This document shows positions 26,501-40,600 of a stretch of 64,000 bases of DNA, one piece after another. Where the stretch lies: the NCBI GenBank assembly GCA_040954595.2, contig CM082576.2, forward strand, positions 8,683,129-8,747,128, in the 5' to 3' direction. The first letter of the stretch is position 1; each line of letters begins with the position of its first letter. Below the pieces are notes generated by a model, which was not told the origin of the DNA, made no database searches, and was given only the letters and a program-made list of their open reading frames with translations. Source of the DNA: Balanoglossus misakiensis. Taxonomy: Eukaryota; Animalia; Hemichordata. Made by a program: the position numbers and the translations under genes.

Positions 26501-29500
26501 GACGCGGGTGAAGTGGCTGCGCGACGGGCGCGACACCACCGAAAACCAGATGTGGCCGTCCGTGAAGTCCTTCTTGGCGTTGGCCACGAAGAGCTGGTTG
26601 AACCTGGCCAGATCTTGGCGGCTGGCCGCTGGCAACACGCGCTGTACCTGGCAATCGTCCTCCTCCACGGCCAGCCATCGTTCACACAGGAAGTGGTAGC
26701 TGAGTATAAGAAACAACAAACAGAGGTTTGCATGGTTACTGCCAGTGGGCGAACTTATGTCGGAGACAATGAAGCAGAGAGAGAACGATTTCGCAGTAGA
26801 TCTATATACAGTACATGCGGTATGAAACACAACAAAGGGCTCGGAACCGTACCATATTACTTGGCGAAATTCACATATTTTAGCTAGTTGTCCGGTCTTA
26901 ATTCAGTGTAAGCTTATATTCAAAATGGTGATGAAAGGACATGGTTTGCCGGAATATCATTCGAGACATACCACTCTTTAGTCTGGACATCACAGACTAC
27001 CACTTTGCTCAGATACCAAGACGCGTGACGACCTCTCCCGGAATTGTCGTGCCAAATCCGCAGGCTGTACAGGTCACCCAGACTCTCAGCTTCCGCCATC
27101 AAGAAGGTGCACTTGCTACCACGCTGAAACATCTGGGAAAGCACACTTTGCCGTTATTTTGAATACATGTATTATTCAAACGTGCATATTTAAATAATCC
27201 CTACGCGAAGCCTGCTATAAATACTGAATGTGTACGGAACCGGAACTGCTCTCTTAGGGTCAGGACAAAGCGGACTATCGTATTCAGCTGAGAACAACTT
27301 ACCTTTCGCTTCTTGTCTTTGAGCGGTCTCGCCCTCGTTGACCCGTTTTCGCCGGCCATCATCACGAACACATTTGACTTGGTTCCGGCACCGCTTCTCA
27401 TGCCCGTGTAAACTGTGACTTGGTACAGATACTTTTCTCTGGGCTGGTTGTCGGGTAACGGCGTCACTCCCCACTGTAAGACAAGAATGGGAGTAGGTGT
27501 CACCTGCATTCCCTATACTTGTGCACTGACAACTCGAGGGGGTACCAACAGCCGAGATGACAGCCGGGTAACGTCACAATGTCAAACTGTTACATACCTT
27601 TTCGACATCTTTCTTATCCTGCCACCGTGCCCACACCATAATCGGGATGTACAGGACCAGGATCAGGAAAACCATCAGAAATACGGACAGGTTGTTCTTC
27701 AAGTCGGCGAATTTGGCGAAGACGGTGTCGAAGTCGATCGTGTTCGGTGGCACGAAGAAGTCCGACGCAAATGACGTCAGATGATTGCATTCGCAGTAGG
27801 TCATACTCGAACTGGATTTGTTAGACACCTTTGGAAAAATGAAAATTAGACACATGTCATACAAACAAGCAAAAATAAATAAATAAATAAACAAATACAT
27901 AAAAATAAATAAATAAACGAGGCTTTTATGACTTACCAAACAGCCATCACTTTTCCACTGTTCGACACTTTCATCCCAGTATTTACATCCCGACGTGAAA
28001 ATTTGAACATTGAAATTCCATGTGCCTGTGTCGGTGCAAAAGAAGAAGGATTATACTATTGGTCGTTTCCCTGCAACGCGAGGACCAATGACCATTGTCA
28101 AAATGTGACATCAGTAAACTGTTGGTAAATCTTTCCAGCAAACGAATACTATTCACATACTCAAATCTGAATGTACGCCAACGTAGTAGCTGTCAGCTGC
28201 TCCAATCACTGTGCTGGGCACGAAAAACGTTCCTCTGAGTTCCTCCTTGGAGGCGTCGTCCATGTCAGCCTCGCTTTCGTGTTCCAGGTTCGGCAGCACT
28301 CCGGTGTAGTTGTAGTCCGACTGAGAGGGCGCCGCTCCACGTCTGAAGTATAGGGTGTAGTTCAGTTGGTCCCAGGAGTTGTTCCCGCCATCCGGGATAA
28401 TGAGAAAATGTACGGCCATACCGTCTGGTACCTGTGATGGTAAGACATCCACGTAAGAGGAAATCTACCCAGTTACACTTCCATGTAAACTTTCACACAT
28501 TGTGAATTAATTGCAGTGACATCGCTTTGTCTTTGATAAAAATGCATTTCTATGAACAATTCTGCCTCACATTTAGTCATATTTCTCTAAATATATAAAC
28601 CAACCAGAATACAATGCAGACGTCGAAGATGGAAATGACTGTTTCACAGCTGGACACTATAAACAATCAACTTTCACCTACATCTATTCCGTACACGAGG
28701 AGACCACTGTCGTCGTCCATATTGGTCATGTTGACTGGTTCCGGTTCCGGTAAAGACGACGACTTCGGTAATTCAATCACGATATCATCTTCTAGTTCGT
28801 TAACTAGGAAAACAACCAGGCCGTTAATCAATTAGCACTTGCCTTATCACGATTTAATTTCTGACGGTTACATAAATCATAGAATTCAAAACAAATTTGC
28901 TGACATGATATAAGCTTAACGACTGGCCACTAATTATGAAATCGCGATGAGGTAACAGAAAGTTGAACTGTTTAAAGACCCATGGATCATACCTGTGATG
29001 TCACTTCCGTCTTCAGATGAGAACGACAAGGAAATGACGTCAGATGCAATATAGGCCGAGGAGTTGTCCCAGTCAAATGGGTTTCCAGTAAAAGTGAGGA
29101 ACTACACACAAAAAACATATTTGAAGGATGTAATTTTTAGACTCTACTCATTGAACTATCTAGTGCTATTTGTCGAAATGTTAAAATGAAAATATTTAAA
29201 TGATATTCTGCCCATTCTCTCACTAAGCACCGGCCATCCGTTTACCTGGGTGTCGACGTAGCTGTTGTTGGCCTGGTCGCCAAACAACGCCGCTGCGGAC
29301 GGCAGCTGGAATCTCCCCGAGTTTGATTCCAAGGCGGTCCCTGCAATGTCCCCCGGCCTGTCTCTCTGGAGCTGCACGGACAGCGTTGACGTGTTGAACA
29401 CCACCGGCGGCTGGCCCGGCACCCTCTTGCTGAGAACAGCCTCGGAGATCGAGTCGACGGTCTTCACCACGCTTTTGGTTATTGTTGAGCTCTGAAGGTG

Positions 29501-31594
29501 CGTAAAGTACAACGCGACGTCACATACTATTGTAAATGTGTTCTGCTTATACTGAAGGTGCGTAAAGTACAACGCGACGTCACATACTATTGTAAATGTG
29601 TTCTGCTTATACACTAAATAATGTCGCTACTGACAATCACCAAAGCTAAGACTACTAAGGGAAGTGTAAACGACATTCTCAACTTCTAGTAAATAAGTAT
29701 GAACATCAATATAGTAATTCTCACCAAGGACCTTCATTAAAACGAGGAGAATACGCTTACCTGTGAATTTGTAATCGTAGTTTCTGCTGCGTCATCACTT
29801 GAGTCGACGGAAACAGACAAGACGTTGCTGGCACTCTGTGTTATTGCTGTAGCATTTTGAGAAGAGAGAACGGCTCAGTGTGAAATGTGGTAACAAGTCA
29901 TTATTGTAAAAGAAATAGATTCCGAATTCACTTGGGACTTCTTGAACTCAGGTTTTTAACTTGTCTCGATTTCCCCCATCATCCAAATTCCAAATTGGTT
30001 TAGTAGGAGAACAGCTTACCAAAAGCCGTGGATATGATATCATCTTCAGATTCATTCTTCATTCCAACGAGGGCGCCAGACAAATCTTCGATGGCAAGGG
30101 CGGAATTAACCTGTTTCGTAAAAGCAAAGATGATAAATCGATTTCTTTTGCATTTTATCGAGAATTAAAATGTTGGAGTGACCATCATTTCTGAATGCTC
30201 TTTGTGTGGATAGTTCATTCTCGAGGAACGCAGTACTTTCATCAATGTCTCCTTCAAAGGGTGGGCGTCATGCCGTCTGCGGCTGCGCGGCGTGGGTTCC
30301 ATACGACACAGTGGTTGGCAAGTGAAAGTTGGGGCAAAGTAATTATATAGAGCTCAGAGTTCGTTACCTGGCTGTTATCGGTGAGTTCTTCCGGAACTGA
30401 CGTCATGGCCACCAGGGCGTTCGCCAACTCCGATACCTGATCGACCGTTTCAGCTGTTCCGGATATTGATTTCAGATCGTCTATGACGGATTCACGAAGC
30501 TTTGGGGAAAAGATAAGGAACATTTAACCAAACTGCCGAAAATGAAAAATCACGATACAGACGAAGAAACGGATTTGCAAGGATTAAAAATACGATATAT
30601 ATATATATTCATTTACCTCTCTCCTTTCTTCGACATCCTCGGACCCCTGGAATGTTAAAGGTAAATTTGTCAAACATTTATTGGGGGAAAATGAATATGG
30701 AAATGACGACTGGACCAGCGATATTTCTCAAGGTGTAATTGTTATTCCAACAATATGTTCTAATAAATTTGATGGCAAGGAAATGTCACCAAAGAAATCA
30801 ATTCAAGAACGAACGGTTACGAATATACTAATATACTTTTCACGGCAATCATCCTTGCAAATGTCTGTCAGCGAACTCACCGTATCGGAAGCTGATTGGT
30901 CGTTGAGAACAGAAGCCACCGTGATAACTAGCGCCGCAGCGCCCCCGGTGTCGCCGGCTTGGATCAATTCGCCCAGGGCGCTGTCCTCTCCCGAGGTCAG
31001 GTTCGCCAGCCTTTCCGTCAGGTCATCTCCAGTAATTGATGGCGGTTCGACCTGAAACGAAATGGTTGCGATGGATTCAATTTCAAGGGCAAGAGGATTG
31101 AGCTGAGGCATGTTAGACATTAAATTGCAAATCTACCCAACATTCAGAACTTCACACAATGTTCGGTGAAACTTTCATAGAAAACGGCGTATTGAATACA
31201 AGTTTTTCCATAAATTCTAAAAATATACCTTACCGTAACTGTGAGTGCAAAAGTTCCTTCGGCGTTGTATATGTCAACTACTTTAACGTTGATCTCTACC
31301 AGATAGTCCTGGCTTTCATAACCAATGGGAAGCAAAAATTCGGTCGATGTTTCGCCGTACCCTGCGTACGACAGCGACGTAACACTCGAGCCTGAGGTAC
31401 GCGAGTAAACCTCATACCAGAGCGGTGTGTGAACGTCTTCCCAACCGGAGCAGGCCACGACAAAATTCGTCTCTAGCGCGTAGCCTACATTGCGAGAGAT
31501 TGGAACCGTACAGAATTACAAATCTTTCAGCGCTCGGTTTGTTTGTTTCTTACTCATATGATATACAACATGAATTAGAAAGAGATGGATGGGG

Positions 31595-31677
<83 letters not shown>

Positions 31678-34600
31678 GGATAGTTTTCGGACAGAAATTT
31701 GGTGCAATAAATGTATAACACTACAGATATCTGTGGACGACAAAACAAATCTGCGCTCACCTGCAGATGGCGTGGCTGTACATTCGCCATTTTCTGGCGG
31801 GGAATTCGTCGTGAAGCGTATCTTATCAACGCCGAATGCCACCTCATCAAGGCTGACATTTGCTTTAAGCTTGTAGAACGACCCGCTGTCCAGTTGGTTG
31901 GCGTTTATTGACAAGTATTCAGATTTCATTCCTGTCAACAAAACACGGTAGAAGTCAGAGGGCAACGTTCAGCTGTCCAATACCCGAGGCGTTTTGCTCT
32001 CGAACAGTTCATGTGGTTTCTCTTTCTCTTTCCTTCCTTTGTATCAGTTCCACGTGGGAAGTAAGACTATAATATTGCTGCAATAATGTTCTTTTGGGAA
32101 CATTTTTTGTCCGCACAACCGAACATTCTGTAATTAATTCTGTCACAGATTTTTCTAAAATTAATATTCTGCGCAGTCGGCACGTAAAGTATACACTCTG
32201 TGAGACGATACGAACTTCTATTGGTGTTGAAATTATCTGCACCGTACCTGTACTACTGAAACCGTCGTCAACCTCAACGCGGTGATAGATGCCGTTTCTC
32301 TGGTTTGCCTGCTTGATAACCCACCGAACAGACAGTTCGTAAGAACTTGGACAGTTCGAGCACTGGACAACCGCCACAAACGGCGAATTGACGGCGACTG
32401 CGTCCAGGTAACAATTTGACAGACACCTGTGAAATAAAATGACACCTTTTAAAGCTGGCTTCTAAACCGCAATGGAGGACGCGAGGTATTTTCTGATAGA
32501 AATGTATTCGTCAGAACTGAAATGAATTCAGATAGATACATTCAGCTTTCCAGAAATAGAGTAACAAGAGACTCACGTTATACTGACGTCCAAATCGCTG
32601 ATAATCGGTGGTTCCGTGGGGGCAGTTGTCGGTATAACTTCTGTCGGCTGAACGACGTCGCCCCAACAGTTCTCCACTCCGAACTCCGGAAAGTATCGGC
32701 AGTCGACCCCCCAGTTCACCCAACTTAGACCATTGATGTTGTGTTCACATGCCGTTCGAACCACCTCGCACAGCGAGCGACACGGAAGATACACCTGACC
32801 ATCCCCAGAGCACTCAGGCAGAAAGAGGGCGCAGGCAAACATCCACGCATGCTCCGAACAATCCAAGGAGCCCGACAGGTTCCGAATCATGCCTGCCGCA
32901 AACTGCTGGTCGTCGGCGAAGGTGTTCGGGAAGACTGAAGTGTTGTAAGGGAGAACGGCTTGGCATTCGGTGACCGTGATGCTCTCGCACTGCAACGACC
33001 GTTTCCGAGAACCATAGGCTACGACGGGAGAGAGAGAGAGAGTGAAACATGTGTTAATATTGAATGTGAAGGGCCTGAAAAGAAAGCTTTTGAGTCTCTG
33101 TCCAGTAAGCCCAGTATTTGTCTAAATATCATGTACATCGCCCTCTTCCAAACGGTTCTGCCCTCTGCATCCCAACAACAACAAGAATCTTTCATTGAAT
33201 GAATGTATTGAAGATGTTGGACAACTTGCATCAAGTGTTATATCACGAAAAATACATGTATGATGACTTACCAACTGTACAATTGTGTTCATCTTGCTTC
33301 TCGGCACAGTCTGGAAGTCCATCGCAGTAGAACTCGCCGGAAATACATTCATCGGGGCTGCAATCAAATTGATTCAGTAAACACGTAGAGTTGATTCCTG
33401 GATGATAGATTTGTGAAGCGTGTTAGTCAGGCCAAAAAAACATTCCGCGCCCTGTGCTTGTATTAGTAAACTTAGTCGTTTGACTTTGGGCAGATGGACT
33501 GCTGCCTAGTGGAACTTACTTTGAGTACAATCGGTGTTGTTTTCATCGCTGGCGTCCGCGCAGTCATCGATACCGTCACAAAACCATTCGATCGGAATAC
33601 ACGTGGGATCATCTTTGCACATGAACTCGTCCAATTCACAGGAAACTGAAATGAACGGGGATAAACACAAACACGGTTGTGGAAAAGTGGAAATAAAAAC
33701 AGACATAATGCTGTCTGCTCATTGGCCAACATTCGGTTCGCCTCTTCTGCACATAGTTGCAGCATATGAGTTTTGCAATTTGCACAGATTTGCTATTACC
33801 GTCACTATCTCTACATGACGATCATGTCATAAAATCGCACATTTAACCCTATTAACAGCACACCCAAAAGCATGCATACCCAAACAGTATTACTGAAATA
33901 AATACAAATTACTCCCTGCAAAGTACGTCAGCTGTCACGAAACGCAATATTACCATACCCACAGTTAAATAACGCAACATAGGACTATAGCATGCATTAC
34001 CCTTAACTTTAAACATTTAATTTTAGAAGGTCATTAAAAGTGCGACATTTGATAGGCCTATATAAAAATTGTCAAACATTGCAGCTAGCCCTTACATAGC
34101 CATGCACATGCAAACTAGATGCTACGGTTGCCATACACCAAACGACTAAAAATAAGTTTATAGAGAAGACACTACACAAAACACAGAAAACGCTGAAAGA
34201 AAATAGAAACGTTTCCAAGGATCGTCGGTTAGAACGTTTTAGTTTGCATGCAACGCGCGATTTTAAGAATTATAATTTTATGTGTTTATATTCCCTTTAA
34301 TTACTTATCAACATATATCCGCGGGCAGCCCACAAATTCAACCAACCTGGACAGAAGATGTCTGGATTACCGAACTCGGGGAAATTATCACACTGCAACC
34401 ACGAAGAGTCGTTTGCGAAGAACATTCCACATTCTGCCGCGACCTGTTCGCACAGAGCTCGACAGGGCGCGAATGCCAAATTGGAGCGGGTGCATTCGGG
34501 GAGGGCTGCGGCACACGCAAACAACATGAGGTATTCCGAACAGTTTTGGAAGGGTTTCAATTCACTGACAATTGCAGACGCGTGTGTCTGATTCGCGGTC

Positions 34601-37600
34601 ACACGGTTTGGAAAGACCGTGAGGTCGTACGGCAGTGTGGCGTTGCACTCCGAAACAGTTATGTTCTCACATTGGTTTGATAACCCTGAAAAAATATATA
34701 GCAGACGAATAACTCTTACACAATAAAAAATTACAAACATGTATATTTTTGGCTTTTCCTGTTTTTTTTATAGAAACGGAAAAAGCCTTACGTGGATAGC
34801 GCACGAAGATCATATAAGCAAAATGTCAGCGGTGTATTTCAGAAGATTATACCTTAACCAACTCCTTAAGAGACAAAACGCCACCACCAACAACGGGTAT
34901 GTTTTCAACAGAAAACGATGACGAGTGAAAGAACAGAAGGAAGATATGGAAACCGCATGGCGACATTTACTACTGATCCAGAATGAATCTTATTCTTGAA
35001 GATGTTACGAAATACCTATTATGAGATAAACAAACGTGAGAATTTAGAAGTGAATAGTAACATGATGAAGAAAGCGGCAACACAGACATAGTTGCAAGAA
35101 GGAAAAGTACATTACCGACAATATATTTAGCAATCGTCACAACGGAAAGAACATGAAAGACATACAGCATATGGATAGTGTCACCATAAAATTTAACAAC
35201 AAAAAGAAGTACCAAAAGGAAATAGAGAAATTTACACAATTACTGAGATATTCCCGGACGTAAGCAATAAGAAGGAACAAATGCAACACGACAATAACCT
35301 GACACCAAGGAACGAATTGAACTTTAAAAAGTGCATATACACTTGTAAGAAATATACAACAACACGATTACTTCACCATTTACAAAAGACGTCGCAGGAG
35401 ACTACCACTAAAACAAAACAAGAAACGCCACAAACATCGATCGAGTTTCGACAGAGCACCAACCTGGACAATACAGGTTTGGGTTTCCTATCTCGGGGAA
35501 AGGATCGCACTGCATCATCTCCGTATCATTTGCCAAATCCATTCCACATTCCATTAAGACTTGCTCGCACAGAGACCGACAAGGCAGGTTCGCTGCCTTT
35601 GAAGGGGAACACTCGGGCATCGCGACGGCACAGGCAAACAGCATAAAGTATTCCGAGCAATTTCTGCGGCCTTGCAACCGGGAAATTTCGCCTGACGCGC
35701 CCGTCTGATTCATGCCCATCCGGTTCGGGAACGCGGCGAGCTCGTAGGGCAGAGCTGCCTTGCACTCCGGTAATGTTATGTTCTCACACTGGTAGTTCGA
35801 GAACCCTGTAAATACATCAGACGAACAATTCTTATCAAAGGCGGCGATATAACAATACAAGGTGTGATATCTTAAGTTACTATAACTATGTTAAATACGA
35901 ATATTTCATGGTACCATGTTAAGACTTATAAGACAGGAGCAATGACGAGACATGAGCACAGAAAGAAGTATGCCAAAACGCTCAAGTGAAACTAAACTAG
36001 TGTAAGAACAAAGAAAACGTTTATCAGAGAGCCCGCGACAGCAGAATGGATGAACAAAGAACACAAAGATGACCCTGGACAAAACAGCTACAGCTTTTAA
36101 AACAGACCCAATGCTAAAGTATATTGCAATGACAGATGTAACGACAAGTTTACAAACGCGACAATTTTAAACACTGAGTTATAACAAAATCTAGACCAGA
36201 AGACGATTATAAAGTTCTAGTCCAAAGCACTAACACAGACTATCACCGAGGAAGATGACACACATCAGCGCTACGATGAGGTTTGATATTACATCAAGGT
36301 CAAATCAGGACACATTATTATGTTTAAGCATAGACCTTTGAGGAAGAGAGTCTAAGGTTTAAGATAGGAAGTATTATTCTGTGATAGCTAAAGAAACCAC
36401 GACACATTATAAGGAGTATAGCGGAGGGGTCTACTGCACATTTACTGGATATGGCGGATTTACAGCGTTAACAAACCTGGACAGTAGATGTCCGGATTAC
36501 CAGACTCGGGATAATTATCGCACTGCAGCACCCCCGTATCATTTCCAAAGTGCGCTCCACACTCCGCCAGGACTTGCTCGCACAGAGCTCGGCATGGCAG
36601 GGTGACACCCCCTGCGTCGGAACACTCGGGCATCACGGCGGCACAAGAGAACAACGTGAGATACTCCGAGCAGTTTTCGAAGGGTGTCATTTCCTTAATG
36701 ACGACCGTGGCATATTTTAGACTCGTGGCTACATCGTTAGGAAATAAAGTCAGACGGTAGGGCAGAATGGCATTGCACTCCGATAACGTGACATTAACAC
36801 ACTGGTCATAATCTTCAAGATCTGAAAAGAGTAAAGAATCGACGTAGAAGTTAAATCAATCGAGAAAATTGTTTGCACAGACATGATCAGTGTCATCCTG
36901 AAATGAACAGTAGATTGACCGAAGTGTGAAAGCATGAAAAAAACAGTGCCTGAAACTGAAAAAAAAAGTCATCATGACATTACGTACAAGAGAACGCAAT
37001 ATTTACGGGGGATTAATTATTTACATTTCAATCATCCCAACAAATACAGCACCGATGGAAGGACGGGTCCATACCATTCTTAGTTCGAGGGACAGAAGGG
37101 AAGACTGAACACCTTAATACGGCTACAGACAGGATCGCCAAAATATGAGGGCGATATATCGTCACCATCTTCACCTTACGTAACATACCAGTATGGTTAG
37201 GTCTGGGTGGGCAACCCAAGATGGGTGGGCGAACTTACTTTGATTGCAATTGGTGTGATTTTCATCACTAGCATCAAGACAGTCATCTGTGCCGTCACAG
37301 AGCCATTCGATGGGAATGCATGAGCCATCACTCACGCACGTAAATTGATCAGCTGTACAAGATGCTGTGAAATACCAATAGTCATATCATGACAAATAAC
37401 CGAATAAACATTCTGACTCCTTGTTATGTATATTTACACGTTAACATGTTAGTAGGGATGACTCATGCAAATAATTATCACATGTAACCTTAGAATTGGT
37501 TCAGTATACTTTTTCTCGACTGAATTCTACATAGCCACTCTCATACAGCAAAGCTTAGTTAGGTCATTTCATCTTTAGCAACATTAACCTGAATAACAAG

Positions 37601-40600
37601 TACCAAAACCAAAATACAAGTCACCAGACCGAAGCAAAGAGGATGCAGAATAATAACAAACTTAACCAAGGGACGTACATGACGGGAACATTTCCGTTTA
37701 GGAAATGAAAACTGGCAACAAAGATTAGGTACACGTAATACTCAACAATTAGAGACGAATTACATTGAATAAATCATTAATGAAACCACCAATCGCCAGA
37801 TAGATTATCAATACTGACTTTAAGTTAACATAATAGATTCTGAAAGCATGCGAGGAAAGACATCTGTAGGCTTGCACCAACCTGGGCAATAAATATCTGG
37901 ATGGCCGGCCTCGGGCAAATCGTTGCATTGCAGAAATACCGTGTCATTTCCAAGGTAGACTCCACAATCCTGTGCGACTTGTTCGCACAAAGATCGACAG
38001 GGCAGCACGGTCGAATTTGAGGTGCTGGGACACTCGGGCATGGCAGTGGCACAAGAAAGTAGCATCAGGTAATCCGAGCAAAAAGCGGAGTTTTCCAACT
38101 GACTGATCATAAGAGAGGCCTGTGTCTGATTCGCGGCCATATCGTTTGGAAAAATGGTTCGGTTGTATGGTAGTGCGGCTGTACATAGTGATGACGTTAT
38201 ATTCACGCACTGATCAAAGTCTTGCTGACCTGGAAAACAACCACGCTGGTATATTAAACCAAGAAGGCAAAACAATTATTGATCTATGAATTTCTCTGAA
38301 AATTGGCGACATAACAGGAGACCGTTCCGTCTGCATCTAACAACACGTCGAAATCGGTGGAACACTCTCGAAAAAGGTAGCCAGTTCATTATAGACTTTC
38401 TAACGTACATCAAAAACTATTATGGAGCCAACTCTGATACCTTTCTGGGGGAAAGGTTAAAATCCATCCATGACAACTGGCATGTGAACAGCGTGACTTA
38501 CTTTGATGACAATCGGTGTTATTTTCATCACTGCCGTCAGCACAGTCAGCGATGCCATCGCACAACCATTCAACAGGAATGCACGAATCGGTACTCTGGC
38601 ACACAAAATAATCACTACTTGCACACGCTGTCAATTAAGCAAAGCATATTTGACAAATATCCAATCACAGCTGTCCGGCGGCTCCTCCATCCACGTGATA
38701 TCATGACGTCGACACATACATTGAACAGTTGCGACCATAAATGTGCCGGGCCATCCCAATTATGAAAAAGTTTTGCAATTGATTTCTTGGCCCAAACTCA
38801 TCACGTTCGACCAAAAAAAGCTGAGCACAGAGTGGGTGAACTTACTTTGGTTGCAACTGGTGTGGAATTCATCACTCGCATCTTTACAGTCAATTATACC
38901 ATCACAAAACCACCAACCAGGAATACAAGAGTTGTCACTCTCGCACTCAAATTGATAGGCTGCGCACGTTGCTGTAAATTGATCATTAACAGACAAGACC
39001 TTGTTGATCTTGGTGATACTTTGCAGTGGCATATAGTGATGTCGTTCATTTAACGAATATTAGGACACCAGTATTTGTATGTTACTATTATAAGATGGGC
39101 ACAGCACAGGTTCTGACTGGACCAGACCTTCTTGGTGGAGTGTATCAGTTGCCTCAAGAAGGCAAAGAACTTGAACGATGCAAATTTTAACCCAGAAGAA
39201 ACAAATCTCACCAACATGATAATATACGAGCATGCCAGGATACATGAAACGCAAAAAAAAAACAGTTGAAAGAAAGCCAACCATGCGAATCAAGAAACTC
39301 CCACAGTACCATTCAAATGTTAACCTGAACGAAGGAAACATAGACTACCAACACTATCTACATACCCAAATACTCGAAATGAACGTTACTATTACAGTTG
39401 AAAGAGCATTAACCATGCAAGGTAAGCTAAGAATTAAACAATGTTGAAACAAAGGCTCATCCATACACAACGGAAAAATATGTACCCATATATCGCTAAC
39501 GGGACAAGACTGGGTCATCAAATGACCATGTTTTGGCAAAGATGTGATAATTGAATCAACATCGGCCAACTGCAGATTAACTGAACTTACTTTGATTGCA
39601 ATTGGTGTGATTTTCATCACTAGCATCAAGACAGTCATATGTACCATCACAGAACCATCCGATAGGAATACATGAGCCGTCACTCACGCACGTAAATTGG
39701 TCACCTGAACACGAAGCTGTGTGATACCAAAAGTCATATCAAGGCAAATAGCCGAACTAATATGCTGGGTCATTCTCACGTGATTGCACGTTACAATGTT
39801 AATATGGACGGAGCAAGCAAGCAGACCCGATTTAACACAAACAAGGATGCAAGCGAACAAACGAGTGATTGTCTTACCTGTTGAACACAAGGATGCTTGT
39901 TCATCTTCACCAAATAAGCAATCTTCGGTACCATCACAGACCCGGGTGTCTGCTATGCACGTGCCGTTATCACACTTAAACTCGGATGTCCCGCACGAAA
40001 CGATGTCCACGGTTTCTATGCAAAACATACAAACAACCACTGAATGTTACAACAACGCATGTGTGACACATCCAAGCACACGTGCGTGATATTAATACCC
40101 AAATTAAGTGCAGCTTGATTAACATATGGGGAAAACAAGGCCACGCCTATTTTCATGTAATACAAATCTTGGTACGCTAATCTCGAATAACTTTCATCTG
40201 CAGTCATTCACCTACCGTTTGGACAAAGTGCTCGTACGCTATTCACAGGAAACGAATCACAATTCAGAGAGGCAATTGTTTCGATAGAGGACGAACAGTT
40301 GGCTTGAAGTTGCTGGCAGAATGACCGGCATGGAAGGATTTCTTCCCCGCTGACCGAACATCCCGGAGCCGCCATCGCGCAAGCAAACAGCAAGGCATAC
40401 TGGGAGCAGTTGGCCTCCTGCGGCAGAGAGGACACGATCAACTTGGCCTCGCTCTGGGTGTCGGCAAACGTATTCGGGAAGATCGCCGACCGGTAGGGGA
40501 GTACGTCTTGGCACGATTCTAGTATGATCAGTTCGCAGTTTGCAACTGTGCTGTTATCTGCGAGAAAAGCGAAGAAAAAAAACACGGGTAAATATTGCGC

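Noticed and set aside
31425-31965. ORFs with ERERER or LSLSLS tracts
   Set aside because: Translation of the intronic (GA)n microsatellite.
34970-35239. Hydrophobic minus-strand ORF inside an FZ-region intron as an alternative transmembrane exon
   Set aside because: The hydrophobicity follows from T-rich intron composition, and I found no convincing in-phase splice sites.
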